A stretch of DNA of 60,000 nucleotides from Schmidtea polychroa (lineage: Eukaryota): assembly GCA_044892525.1 (NCBI GenBank), contig CM097885.1, positions 30,940,001 through 31,000,000 on the forward strand, given 5' to 3'. Below the pieces are notes generated by a model. It saw nothing but the letters and a program-made list of their open reading frames with translations, was not told the origin of the DNA and searched no databases. The position numbers and the translations under genes are program-made. Shown in pieces: positions 39,601-52,545 of this stretch (positions are counted from its first letter, which is position 1; each line of letters opens with the position of its first letter).

Positions 39601-42600
39601 TTTTAAGATATTTAGGAAAAAAGCGGCGTATATGGATAAAATTGTTTTTTAAGTTTTTGTAATCTTCTTTCTTCAGCTCATTTTCAATAGCCTCTTTGAC
39701 GATGTAGACGGATTTTGTCATTTTCTGAAATTCTATGAAAATATTTTTTTTTAAAATAAGTTATTAAAATTTACGATTTTCGAATTTTTTTCTTCAATTC
39801 CAAAGATGTCGATGGAACTTGTTGAATATCTTCACACAAAGGTTTTTGACTAGAAATATCTGATATGCTGTAAAATATTTTAATTATTTGTAATTAAATA
39901 AAAAAATTCTTACATTGTCAGATCTTCACCATCGCAAAATGGAAGTGTTTCCAAAGAAATCTAAAGAAATATATTAACTTCAAAAAAATTTTATAAATAG
40001 ATCTTACGATGTTTTGTCATCCATTTCTCGAAAACTCAAAGTTGATTTCAAAATCCAAATTTTTTCAGCCATGAATTTTAATAATTTTAAATTTATGATA
40101 TGTTAACAGTATGTTAATGACTTTCTACTTTCGGAATAAAAAAAGCTATATTAAATTTACGTGTATTTTATATTATGTGTGCTGTATTTGATTGTAAAAT
40201 TATTTTTCTGTCACTTTCTCAATTCCTATAATAAAACTTTTAACATTCGGAACATTAAATTTTTGCACACAGGTAAGTTTGTGTGTTGCTATAATATATT
40301 TTTATCGATTTTTTTAGATTATAGAAACTTTTATATTCTGGATTTAGGTGTATAACATATATGTTATACGGGTATGTTCCCGTAGGCGCCAGTACATCAA
40401 ACACCACTGAGAACCGTTTCCTATAATATAACAAAAAAATCAATAATCTTACATTATAGAAACATACATACTTACTTTGATTTCACGTTGATGTTCTCAT
40501 TTATAGCTCAATGAGATACATCTCATATTATAGTAATCTGAAAATTGGAAGAAAAATTAAAAACTGCACACAAACGCAACACATACTAAAAACACATATA
40601 AACTTTTGATTCGTAGAAATGTAACGATGAGATACGTTTCTATAATAAACTTTATTTTAGACAATTTTTAGAAAAAAAAATAGTTGAAAATTTTTAAAAT
40701 TATATTTTTAATGAAAATATCAAGAGCAGATGAATTTGGTTCAATATCTTTTCAATCCAGATTTGATTTCCTGAAAGAAGCCCCTCATATTGAGCTCAGA
40801 AAAAAAATTAAAACAATTATTTTAATCATCGATTTTCCCCAAAATGTTTTAAAAAAATACATATTTTAGGTGATTGATTTATTTAATTATAATTAAAAAT
40901 ATATCTGACTCACATCTTTTCGAAATAATTCCAAAATAAATAAAGGTAAATGTTATAAAGTTCCTAAAAACCTGAAAATTAATTAAAAATAATTTATAAT
41001 TAAACTGTTGATTAAAAGTAATATTTAAGAACTTGAATAATGAATATCTCATATGGATCAGAATTCAAATCTTAAAATTTACTTTAAATAAAAAAAATTA
41101 CTTGAAAGCCATTTGTAAAATGACTAAAATAAATTTCCAAAATATATAAATGATGAGACATGATAAATTGATAAAGATGATTTGCAATTACAACCAATTA
41201 AAATAGGTAAATAAATTGGTGAGTGAATTTACACGCCAACCACCACTATAGAGAACGTATCTCAGTGGTGTTTGGTGTATAATATATGTGTAATACGTTC
41301 AAATTTTCATATGAAATCCGTTTAATAAGTGTTAACCCTCTATTGATATTTCTATGCACTTATATATCGTGCCATTCAAATAGGGTATAAAAATTTATGT
41401 GTTAGTAGATTCAGAAACGGATGACATATATCATATACTTCCATATTACGGAAGTATATCATCTGAAAATCTTGTTAGGCCAGATTTACTAATAAGCACA
41501 AGAATTCTATTCCACCTTTTTCAAAAAATAATAGATAAAATACCTACCACAGTGGGATACCACATATAAACGGGCAGGTATTACACCAGCTTACTTTTAG
41601 CTAAGGAATTCATGCAAATGAAATGCCGCCTAACCTAAGAAATTTTTAAAGTGGTAACGGAAGTTTTTTGGGGGAGATGGAAATTTGTATAATCAATGCG
41701 TATATCCCCTATAAAACCATAAAAAAAGAATGGGCAAAAACCAAAAACACTTGAAATTTGTGAAACAGTTAGTGACCAACTAATAAGCAGTTACCGGGTG
41801 AAGCTTACAAAAAATTACAACAGCATTTCCGAAAACAGGTTAAATGGAAAACTTCATGCAATGCGAAGAGGTGCAAAAAAGAACTGTCTAGTGTGTTATA
41901 AGCGGATAGGTAATTCCGGAAGACGTGAAACAACACGGGTCCAAATAAGCCACTAATGCATATGGGAGATTGTTTATACAGATATCACACTAATTTCAAG
42001 TACAAAATAAAAATTTCAAATTTCATTACATTTATGTTATCACAAACTAAATTTATTAAATAAATGAATTAATAATAACATTAAAATCTTTTTTTAATGA
42101 AACAGAAGTTTATTTTTCAGATGCCCCAAAGCAAAAATGCCTCGGAGTTGCTGCACTCTTAAGTAAAAACACTCGGAGTGCAAAGGGTTAATAATTATAA
42201 TTCTAAAGAAACTAAGAATAGATATAACAGATTTTTCATTCACACAGTCGCATTAGTTATTCATATTAAGTTACCTGAACATTTTCAACAAAGTAATGAA
42301 ATTTATCAATTTCAATAAATAATATTTAATAATCAACCCTGATTTAAGTTTGTCACTTGATAATAAATACGAATTCATTGAAATTTTGGCGAAATTTGAA
42401 CTTACTCATTTGATTTTATTGAACTTTGTTTTGTGTAATGAATAGTTCTGTAATGCAGTTGTACTACACATCTCAGTTCATTTTCTGATAACCCTGTTGA
42501 TGAACCAATTAAATATAAATAAATTAATGTTTTTACACATTTCTCTTAAAAATCTTTATAAGTTTATAATCTCTTTTTCATTTTGCAATGAACGTATCGA

Positions 42601-44994
42601 AATATATATTATGTAAGTGATGCTGCAGTGCTATGTTTACCGTAGATACTCGAGAATGACGCGAGAGATAGAAATTCATATCAGAAATGGAGGAAAAGTT
42701 CAAGACGCGAATATAATGCAAAGAACAAAAACCATTTCGGTACATAAAACTTACAATTGTATATCTAGTGTCTCGAATATTACGCGACCCACAAGTTTTT
42801 ATTCAATTTTGTGTCACAAAAACCTCGTGGTATACTAAAGTATCTACGGTAAGTTTATTTTATCAAAATAATTCATTTCACATTTTATTATAATTTTCCA
42901 TTGGAAGTGATTATTATTAAACAATTAAATGATAATTTAAGCCTTTTTGTTGCAAAGTATATATTGAATAAAATGAAATAATTATCGATTATAAAAATAT
43001 TCAGTATCAATTTATTATTATTATTATTATTAAAGACTTTAAAGTACTATTGAAAATTATTACAAGTTTTATCATATTTTAATTGGATCAGAGTTTACAG
43101 TCGCTTTAGAAGATGGACATGGCGATTAATCCAATTGGTTGTTTTTTTTCTTCAGTTTTATGATTGGTGGAATACCAATGGAGAAAATTCTTCTTTAACC
43201 TCGGCTATGTTTTCTACTGGATTTAGAAAAGTCAAACCTCCTCAAGTTATTGATTTCTTATTTATTTAGCAATCTTTTTGTTATAACGTTAATTATTAGA
43301 ATTTGAATTCGGAGGAAGTTGTTACTACAACTCACGGACTATGTCCGATTTGCGAAGAACAGAGAAAAGTTCCTGCAGTAATTGCATCTACAGGGTTAGG
43401 CACAATTTATTTATTAAATTACTTAAAATCGAAATTAGCACTTAAATATTGGGGGAAATTACATAAAGTAGCTCCATTCTCTTTTTATCAAAACTCACAA
43501 AACTTTCATCTTTTTTTTCTCAAGTAAAAGAATATTGTTCGACAAAACACTTCAATAAATGCAAAGAAATGAAAAAAAATATTGATCTATAGTCGAAATG
43601 AAGATACATAATTTGAATTTAAAAATAATCAATCAGCAAATAAGAAAATAAAGGATTTATTGATAAATATTAAGCTTTACAATTTGTCAATAAGTTCCTT
43701 TATTATTTTAATTATTAATCAATTTATTTATAAATCAATATTTGAGTGAAATAAATAAAAAACACATTGATCTATAGTTTGAAATGAAGATGTAAAACTT
43801 TAAATTGAAGATGAATAATGATTTTTAATCATAATTTGTAAATACTACAACTCATCGTTAAATCAATTATTTTCTTCATTGATCGATTATTATCATAATC
43901 GATTTTTATTTATCTATTATCCGAAATTTTGAAATTAAAAATAATCGATAAATAATGATTTTAATGATAATTTGAAAATTCTAAAACTTGTCATTAAATC
44001 AATTATTTTTTGATCACTTTATCTGTTTTTTGTTTATTTAACATTTCATTTATTTTCTCTGTGACCATGGATCAAATATTTTTTGAAAAAATGATAAACG
44101 AGATAAAGGATTTTTGAAATTAAGTGAAACAAAATAAATTTTATTCACAAAACAGGTAAACAGTTAATATAGTGCTAGTTGTATTACTTTTATAACAAAA
44201 TTATGTCAATTTTTAAACATTTTAAACATTTACACTTTTAATTATCATTTATTTAACTTTGATATATCGTATCATGTCATACTTAATGAATTTAATATGA
44301 TTGACAATTACAATAAATAAACTGATAATATACCGCTGAAGACGATTTTGTAAGTTATGCGATTAATTGCAGTCGATATGCGTGTGATTATTAATGCTAT
44401 ATAAAGAACATTATTGAAATTTGACATTAATTAGAATTAGAAGAGTAAAATAGAAACTATTAGAGAAAAAAGTGAGAAGAAATAAAATTGTAAAATCACC
44501 GTTTGAAGCATATGAAGGTAAACCAAACTTTCAGAAGTAGAAATTAATTGACTGAAAATTGTGGCAATTACAATAGTATTCTCCATTTTAATTGTGTTTA
44601 CATTAATTAGATATAATTTTAACAATTTAAAATGACCATTGATTTACTGGACTTGTATTGCATTGTAAACAATTCTGAATCTTTAATTAATTAGTGCATT
44701 GAAAAAAGGAACTTAAATCCGGGATGTTTGGTCACTTTAGTCTAATATAAACTAACGGTGGTCAAGAAAAGTAAGTAGGTTTTATTAATGCCCCCTTGTT
44801 TCAATTCCTTATCCACTTTTAATTTTATATTAAGCTTGATTATTTTCTAAGTTTCTGTTAATTGATTTCTATAATATTTCAGGATACTTGGATGCTTTGA
44901 ATGCCTCCATAAATATGTTGGTGAAAATAATACTTGTCCAGTTACTGGGTGTCCTGTGAAAAATGATGATGTTATGCGTCTTTATATTAGTTAA
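30610..44994 (+). CDS. PEX12: Peroxisome assembly protein 12, 7 coding exons, about 317 aa
   Basis: Exons 30610-30838, 30883-30974, 31023-31106, 34486-34682, 43101-43245, 43300-43394 and 44883-44994 join at GT-AG boundaries into a 954-nt open frame. Motifs: [44 protein letters not shown], and the C-terminal PEX12 RING CPIC...TG.LGCFEC...CPVTG...RLY. Confidence 0.95.
31430..31884 (+). repeat. Direct tandem duplication (~205-bp unit, ~250-bp period) in PEX12 intron 3
   Basis: aaggttattgattaattttgaaaa...gtaaatcctcgtgg...aaattgcgca occurs at ~31430-31633 and ~31681-31884. Confidence 0.9.
31890..33830 (-). pseudogene. Decayed hAT transposase relic interrupted by a solo LTR
   Basis: Minus-strand fragments in order: [10 protein letters not shown] (~33800), [11 protein letters not shown] (~33670), [33 protein letters not shown] (~33350-33440), [22 protein letters not shown] (~31915-31980). 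These are hAT catalytic and dimerisation motifs. Confidence 0.8.
32247..33220 (+). mobile_element. Solo LTR (974 bp) nested in the hAT relic
   Basis: TGTTG...CAACA ends with a perfect 4-bp TSD CTTC; internal TATAAAA (~32686) and AATAAA (~33113). It shares the TGTTGAGG start and the ggagtcagagtaa motif with the LTR at 51557-52545. Confidence 0.85.
35852..38487 (+). mobile_element. hAT DNA transposon, Buster/SPIN/Charlie group, in PEX12 intron 4
   Basis: TIRs CAGGGCTGGCAAAA / TTTTGCCACCCCTG; perfect 8-bp TSD ATATATAA (35844-35851, 38488-38495) with central TA. Confidence 0.97.
36445..38304 (+). pseudogene. Buster-type hAT transposase (GTF2IRD2/EPM2AIP1-like) with two in-frame stops
   Basis: Single frame from ATG at 36445 with TAA at 36490 and TAG at 37615. 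Motifs: BED-like CLIC...[46 protein letters not shown]. Confidence 0.94.
39563..40072 (-). pseudogene. Antisense nested 4-exon gene model with two in-frame TGA codons
   Basis: Three GT-AG introns (39961-40007, 39868-39913, 39733-39774). The spliced ATG-to-TAG length is 375 nt in a continuous frame, interrupted only by two TGA. Confidence 0.55.
41336..42187 (+). mobile_element. piggyBac relic (internally deleted)
   Basis: Flanked by TTAA|CCCT and AGGG|TTAA. Fragments [13 protein letters not shown] and the C-terminal Cys-rich KNCLVC...RRET...[11 protein letters not shown]...YHT. Only the right TIR (CTCGGAGTGCAAAGGG) looks complete. Confidence 0.8.
42640..42849. mobile_element. pogo/Tigger-type MITE
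   Basis: TIRs CCGTAGATACT / AGTATCTACGG with TA flanks; same CCGTA terminus as the pogo at 25076. Confidence 0.8.
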
Positions 44995-45721
44995 TAGTAT
45001 ATTATATAAGCATACATGTTATAATTTATCTTAACGTTTCATATTTTGTATATTTGTGCCAGTTCATTTCGACACAACGGTTTTTACAGTTTTAAATCTA
45101 GAATTTTGTAATAATGGCAATAGAAGTCTTTTTATTGAATTTTAATTTTAAAACCCTTTATCCTCTTTACTATTGATTTATTAGTATCATTATCAATTTT
45201 TTTTATCTTTTTCCTGTCTATATATAAACAATTTATATATTAATATCAATAATAATATTTCATTCAATATAAATATTGATTTATAGACTGAAATGAAGAT
45301 AAAATGAATTGATAATAATAACTTTAAAATTTTCGCAAATTTGTTGAATAAAATGGCAGGAAATAAAACTATTGTTTTAGTATTTTGGAAAATCTTGATT
45401 GAAGTAATTATTTCGAAAGAAAGAAAATTTAGTATTTGTATGAGAGGTAGCCACGTATTGTTTGTGAAATATGGAGATTTAATTTATTTAATTAATTAAA
45501 GATTTTGTTTAAATATTATTATTAGGAAGATTATTATTTGAAATAATTAAATTTTACTTGTAAATTGATTTTAATGGATATCATAAACACAATAAGCAGT
45601 TTTAATAAGATGTTTTTTTAAATAAAACAATTGCAATATATGAATGTATATCAGGGTTATGATTTTGGCCTTTTTCAAAACATTTTTCCTGTGCTTTCAG
45701 TAGATGAACATTTGAATAAAG

Positions 45722-46088
45722 CAGTGTTACACAAACTTTTTGCTTCACGGCACATTAAATTGAAAAAATATTTTGTGGCACACCATTCACATTGCATTTC
45801 CCATGGCATAAGTCGTATTAAATATTTTCATTCAAGCAAAAAAATTATTTCAGTGATACTTGTTAATTATTTACGCTTCAAAATATTTTATAATAAATAT
45901 ATTCAATGCGTGTATATTTCAAATTACTTAAGATTTAATCTTTCGTGGAATACAATTTCAATATTGTCCGTTAAAATTCAATATTAACTGATTTTAAAAT
46001 TTCAAAAATTTTTTATCAAATTACAAAAACGTTAGCAATTTAAAATATTTGACAAATGCTTCGCGGCACACAATTTGCGCAACACGTG
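45722..46088. mobile_element. Degenerate hAT-type MITE
   Basis: CAGTGTTACACAAA...TTTGCGCAACACGTG ends with subterminal cggcaca motifs; TSD not recognisable. Confidence 0.5.
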
Positions 46089-46563
46089 TATAAATCATTC
46101 ATTTTAAGGTTTTTTATTAAAAAATTATAAAAAAGTTTTCACTCACTTGTTTCTAATATGCATAGTTTGTACATTTTATATACTTTAGATGCGAATAAAC
46201 AAATATTCTTTTTTAAAAATCTAGCCAAAAAGATAGAAATGTATTTTTATTACATTGAATAAGAAAAAAATACTAACCTAATACCTAAAATAGCAAAAAA
46301 CTGAGTGGTAGACTCTAGTGTGATTTTTATGGGACAATTTACCTAAAAACCGGTTCGATAATCAACACAGAATGTATAAATTAAATCGGATAATAATAAA
46401 TTAAATTTTCATTTTAAATAAAATAATTTGATGTTTACTTTGACAATATTTCATTTTAAGATCATTCTATAAAGTGTTAAAGAATAGAATAATTGAAATT
46501 CATATTGATGGCAACTAGTAATTTTCCAGCAGTCGAAACTCTTGTACTTAGTGCGTTTAATAA

Positions 46564-46771
46564 GTATTCAGGCGTTTCATCGCCGGACTGTTAATCGCGG
46601 GCTGTTCATCAGGCAGACGATTCATCAAGAGGACTATTCATCACAGGGTGGTTTATCAAGAGGACAGTTCATCATGTTATTTTAATTTGCTTTGGACGTA
46701 TCTTACTATACGTATTGCTATGTAATGAATCGTCCGCGATGAACAGTCCGGTGATGAAACGTCCTAGAATC
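46564..46771. mobile_element. Mutator-like MITE with 15-bp subterminal repeats
   Basis: Perfect 9-bp TSD GTTTAATAA (46555-46563, 46772-46780), G...C termini, and inverted arrays of ttcatcgccggactg-like units. Confidence 0.8.
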
Positions 46772-47069
46772 GTTTAATAAATAGCTTGCCTAAAATGAAA
46801 ATAAAAGCAGAATATTTGTTTTTTAAACCGGCAGACTTTACTCTTCTATTCATAATCCCTGTTGCTCTATAAATTTCTGTTAGTTCAGATGTCAGAAAAA
46901 ATCAAAATTAAGGAAACATTTCTCAAAGAACTGGGCGGCTGAATGGTATCTCAATGAGATAGTTTTATTTATCTTATTAACAAATATTTTGTTCACACTT
47001 CCTTGTCTAACTTCGCTCTTGAAAGTCTCGAACTTGTGCGATTTTAAAATAAGTTTCACATTTTTTGAT

Positions 47070-47755
47070 ATTCCACTCTTTGATCAGAGACTCCTTTAAT
47101 ACTACTTTTCTAAATCTTCAGTTCCTCTTATAATTCCCTTTTTAATTCTTGACTTTGTTCCTCAAATTCCAATTGTTGGTTTCTTCTTCCCTACTTGAGG
47201 CTACTGCCGATTATCTGAATTTGAAGTTATTATTTGTAATCGTTGTAATTGCTCCTTTTTTGACCTATTTTTTTGACTTCCTTAGTTATCGTTCTCTAAT
47301 TAGTTATTTCTGTTAACCCTTTTAGTAATTCCCCTTCTGATTTTTTGTTTACCTCGATTATCCTACTCTTTGGATAACTGCCCTCTAAATTCCCAATTTG
47401 TTTATTTCCCTCGGGTTTTCCATTAGCCAAATAATTAATTAATTAATAGTTTGTGTTTTCCATATTTGCCTGTTTTTCGACCCTTTCTAAATATTTTCTA
47501 ACAATTTCTTGCTTACTGTTTTCTTCACCATTTCCCAATCTACAACTCTCCCGTTTTCCAGCTTCAATTTCGATAACATTTCACTTTATTCAACTTCCTC
47601 AGGTTTGCACATTTTATCCCATTTCGTGTCTGATTGTACCCTTTTATAGTTCTGTTTTTGTCATATTTGTCTTTATTTGTCATTACTTCTCTGCTTGATC
47701 GTCATTCTTTTTCGTTCAACTTCGGTTTTCTTTTTATTCGGAACTATTCAATTTA
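47070..47755 (-). repeat. Truncated LTR of the family at 51557-52545
   Basis: Same orientation as, and collinear with, ~51780-52510 (gtctgattgtacccttttatagttctgttttt; aacaatttcttgct). Confidence 0.85.
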
Positions 47756-48271
47756 AAAGAAATTTAAAATACGCGGCATGCAATCGATCTAGTTCGCTCA
47801 GTCCCCTCTCCCAGCATATCCGTGATGATTTCCCTGATGAGCCCATGGAGATATTACACGTTGGTGATGCACACATGGTTTGGAGTTTGTTAACAGGTAG
47901 CCCCTACCTTAGGACTACTATTGACCCACTCGCGGTTCGGGTTCTAAGGTGCCGTAGAAGGTCTTACCCATGCTTACATACATAACTCGGTTCGACCCTG
48001 GTCCAAGGGGACGATCTTCATCCATTGGCGTACGTTCAAAATTCATCATTCAATTTATACCAATCACATAACAACTTCTACAAATAACTCATTAGACACA
48101 ACGAAAATTTTATTGATTTCAACAAAAAATATCTTATAATGAGATGATACACCGAGAAAAAACACTGGAAAGAGAAACATGCAATACAATTCCATTAGAG
48201 AATGTCGTAGGTCATTACCATGTTCGTTCAACAATAAAAAGAAAAAAAATCGAGACTGGTGGCGAGTCGAG

Positions 48272-49000
48272 TTACTGGAACACTTCTCCTTCAGCGAGCA
48301 TTTCATCAATGTAGACGGGTAGACGACGATCTTCAATGAATTTTACATTATCGGCTGGGACTACCCGGAACACTTCTTTAGTCGAGATGGAATGAGTAGC
48401 TGTGATTTCTTTGAGGGTCGATTGTGCCACGGATAACGAAGCTTCGAGCGCGGCCATGGCGTTTCTGCGCTTCTGATTTTACTCAGAGCGCGTCGGCCTT
48501 TTGCGCTTTCTGTGTGGCATTGTAGTTTCTGCTGAAGGTGGAGCGACGTGAGATATGAGGATCGGAGCTAAGATAGGATCCGATGAACCGCCTGCCATAG
48601 GCCTATAGCCTGAGAGAACTGGGGCGAGAATGGGTGGCAATTGTAGGCCATGTCCCTTACAACTAGTTGTCAAAGGCGTTTCAGAGGATTGATGGTGTAC
48701 TGGGACCACGTTAGTCCCGTCTTGTATAGGATATTCGCGAACTCGCTTCGCTATCTCTGATTCTGAATATACTTTGTGGAGGGCCTGTGATTGGGCTTTT
48801 ATGGTTAGCCTCTGGCACCTACTTTCTTCCAGGAGACTGTCATGGCAGTGCTCCAATCGTAGAATTTTTCTCTTCTATTCCTTCATTTGTGGCGGGGAGA
48901 ACCACGTCCCTTCATATAGGTCAATACGCTTCTTTAATTCCCCGATATAAAGATGAAGCTGCGCGATATCTGCATTTTTATCGGCGCATGAGAAACACGG
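48272..49000 (-). pseudogene. Decayed ORF (~240 codons) of an unknown family
   Basis: ORFs 48479-48856 and 48272-48457 are in one frame separated by a stop. The frame extends upstream through one TAG: ADKNADIAQLHLYIGELKKRIDLYEGTWFSPPQMKE*KRKILRLEH. Confidence 0.55.
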
Positions 49001-50399
49001 GCGAAGGTTTTTTCCAGAATTGGTTGAATTAGTCATCTAAAGAGTAAGAAGTCTTTTATTCATACCTTTAAACATTGTTTGATCGTCATTTATACTTTTA
49101 CAACGCGAGTTTTATCATACCACCGATGCTTAAAAATCGGGAATGTCTCACAAATTCATACCTTTGACAATACTCAAACCCATTCAAACCTCAAACATTC
49201 AAGTCAATTCACTCAATCATTTGTAAGTCAACGAAAAAGAAAACGAGAACCCTCATAAGTAATCCATCACTTCTATCAACCTTGGGCATATTTTCGGGGT
49301 TTGAAATTTACTATTTACTACACCGTTATTGAATTTCGTTATTATTTTTCTCATTTTTAATTTTATTTATTAATTTTTCAAATTTTACTTTTTACACTTT
49401 GTTTTTATGTCTTGTAGAATTAGGTGAGTTTTATGTTAAAAGAAAATTCGTTCAATACTGCCCATGTCCTCTTACATTATTAAACCTGGATAGATTGATG
49501 CATAGTCGGAAATTATTAATTTAAATTTTGATTGTAATTTAAAAGTTTAATTATTTAAATTCCACACCACACATGTCGTCATAGAGACGCCTAACTGTGT
49601 GTAGTCATGCATTAGTTTTTCCAGAAAAAAAAATCATGTTGTTCTACTTAATTATCCTCACATTCGGTTGAGTAATCGAAGAAAATTCCTCGATTGGGAG
49701 ATGCCATGACATCATTGTATATTTCGTAGGTCTAGCCTTGTTACGTCACTCTCCACCGCGAGGTGATAAGGATCTCGATTTGCTCACTGTGTTTAAGCTA
49801 ATGGTTGTGCTTGTGTGTCGCTGTATTCCCTACACATTGCACTCGATATCAATGACAGGATTTGCCAGCAGATAGAAAACCTATTCAGAGTCGTGGAGCA
49901 AAAAAATTGCCTATTATAGTTGAGTGTGATTATTTATCGATCTATCAGAAGAAACTCATTCCTATAATTAACTTCTCCCTACTCATGTTGGTTCACGACA
50001 AGAACTGTCATCGCATCTACTCGGGCCCGTCATTCAATCAATTTATCTATTGAACCTTTTTATCTACGCTACTCGTCTCTCGTCGATTAGTTATCAACAT
50101 TGCCAATGACAGTTTTCTTTAGGACTACGGTAAGTACTTTGATTAATTGTCAAGTAATATTTACATTTCTGTCAGGGTGAGTTCTTATCGATTGCAGTGG
50201 CTAATCAAAAGAAGATAATCAAGTCTCCTCCAAGTCGGCAAATGAGCTAGATGATGGATGTAAGCGCTAACGTCCTCGCATTTTGGAAATTATGAAAGAA
50301 AAGACAATCTCGAATTTTTAACATTCATCAAGAAACATCAAGAAAACAAAAGGGACGTTGGAAGTATTCACGAGTCGCAAAGATTCTATCTCCTCAAAT

Positions 50400-51057
50400 A
50401 CTTGTTCAGACAGTCGCGTTTCTTCAAAAAAGAAATTTACTCTGAATTAGTGATAATCAAACTCAAGACTTGGACAGAATGTCGAAAATATTGGTAATCT
50501 CCTTCCTCATAGAATTTTCGGTCAATTTGTCATCAGCATCAAAACGATGGAACTCGGAATTTTCTCAATGGAAAGTTTTTGACGACGGATTTTACAGATC
50601 CCACTCGATAAAAGAATTTTGGTCATATGTTGTTCTTCCTCACAAGGTTTCCTCACCCCTCACGGCCCACCCAAGAATAGTACGCATTTCTGCCCACTAC
50701 TCTTGGACCGTCGTGAAGGACAAATCGACCCAATCGTCTTAAATCATCATCAAATAAATTTTTAAATAATCAAACTAATGAAAATCAATAAATAAACATT
50801 GACCTGCTGACCACGCCATTTGGATTCCGGGTATGATGATTCTTGTTGCTACCAATTTTTACATTTATCAAGCAATCCATATATCCCCCCAAGTTCATAT
50901 AAACCCTCGGCTGGCTATAAAAATTCGATTTCATCGCATCTTGGCATTCATATTCACGAGATTTCGCTGTAATACCTTCATAATCCGGCAGCATCATACC
51001 CGATCTCCCAGATGACATCGTCGCCAGCACCATGAAGAAAAAATAGATTGTTTTCAA
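50400..51057 (-). pseudogene. Decayed coding-like region, possibly spliced, with a signal-peptide-like start
   Basis: KTIYFFFMVLATMSSG... ORF; an AT-rich GT..AG intron-like gap at ~50739-50803; then a frame with scattered stops (DDWVDLSFTTVQE*WAEMRTILGWAVRGEETL*...). Confidence 0.35.
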
Positions 51058-51556
51058 ATAAATTTTATTAGAATTAAAGTGTTTTGTTATTTATCATTAA
51101 AAATCCATTATACATACTAATAGTCTATTACACATCAATCAAACATAACCTACCAAAATCTTTCTCGAAGGTGTCGAAAATAGGATCAAGGTGCTGCAAA
51201 TTGTTTTCCTAACTAGATTTATTTCGGTAACTGATGTCCTCGTTCGGTAAATTTCGATTTGTTGTATTGGCTATATATTTTGATTCGATCTCCGGAATTT
51301 ATTTCGTTCGGTTATAAGTGTCGTTCTGCAATCTGTGCTCGTGGTTTGTAAGTGGTTCTTCGATTTCGTCCCTGTAGAGTTTTTGGTTAAAGTGATAAAT
51401 AAATGTAAAAAATTTTTACCTGTAGAGTTTTTGGTTAAAGCGATACTCTACAGATGTTTCATGTTCCTTATATATTATTTTTCGTCCAATTAGGACACAG
51501 TTAGCTTGTAATTTTGTTATTTATTATTATTTTTATGTTTTTTATTATAATATAAT

Positions 51557-52545
51557 TGTTGGGTTTTATGATATCAAAATCAACCGTTGGTTACTCTGAC
51601 TCCACGTGTTCCAAAATCAATAAACAAAACTCCCAACGTATATTTGTTTTATAACAATTCACAACTCAACAATTAATCACACTGTTGGTTAATCACAATT
51701 CTTACACAATTTCAGATCGAACTCCGCTCTGGAAGGTCTCGGCCTTGTACGATTAAAAATTAGGTTTCACCTTTTGTTTGATTCCGCTCTCTGATCCGAA
51801 CTCTTTTAATATTCCTTTCTGACTCCTAAATTCCTCTTATAATTCCTTTTTCCTTTTTATTTTTATTCCTCGAACTCTTATCGTCTGTTTCTTCGTATCC
51901 CTACCTAAGGCTATCGCCCCTTATGTGAATTTTGAGTTTCCTTATATACTCCCATAATCGTTGTAATTGCCCCATTTTTGACCTAATTGGTTTTGACTTC
52001 TTCAGCTATCATTCCCTAATTGACTATTTTTGTTGACCCTCTTCGTAATTCCCTGTCTTTTGTTTACCCTCGTTTATCCGATTGCTTGGATAATTGCCCT
52101 CTGAATTCCTCGTTTGTTTACCCTTCCAAATTGCCGTGCTCGGGTTTTCTTCATCGCTCGGGTTCTCCATTGGCTCGGGCTTCCCATTAGCTCGGGTTTC
52201 CCATTAGCCAATTAATTAATTAATTAATATTTTACGTTTTTCCACATTTGTCTGTTTTACGACCCTTTCTACACATTTTCTAACAATTTCTTGCTCACTG
52301 TCTTCTTCACCATCCCTTAATCTACTCCTCTCCCGTTTTCCATCTTCAATTTCGATAACTTTTCACTTTATTCCACTTCCTCCGGTTTGCGCATTTTCCC
52401 ATTTCATGTCTGATTGTACCCTTTTATAGTTCTGTTTTTATCATATCTTTCTTTGCCGTTGCTTCTCTGCTTGACCGCCATTCAATTTCGGCTTTCCTTT
52501 TAATCTGAACTATATAATTTAATAATTTATTTTCAAACCTCAACA
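51557..52545 (-). mobile_element. Solo LTR (989 bp)
   Basis: TGTTG...CAACA ends with a perfect 4-bp TSD TAAT (51553-51556, 52546-52549). Partial copies lie at 29494-30001 and ~47070-47755. Confidence 0.88.

Noticed and set aside
44335..44386. CTGAAGA-cga...tcg-ATA resembling a Penelope-type hammerhead ribozyme core
   Set aside because: The GAAA core is altered and I cannot build convincing stems I and III. An Infernal search would be needed.
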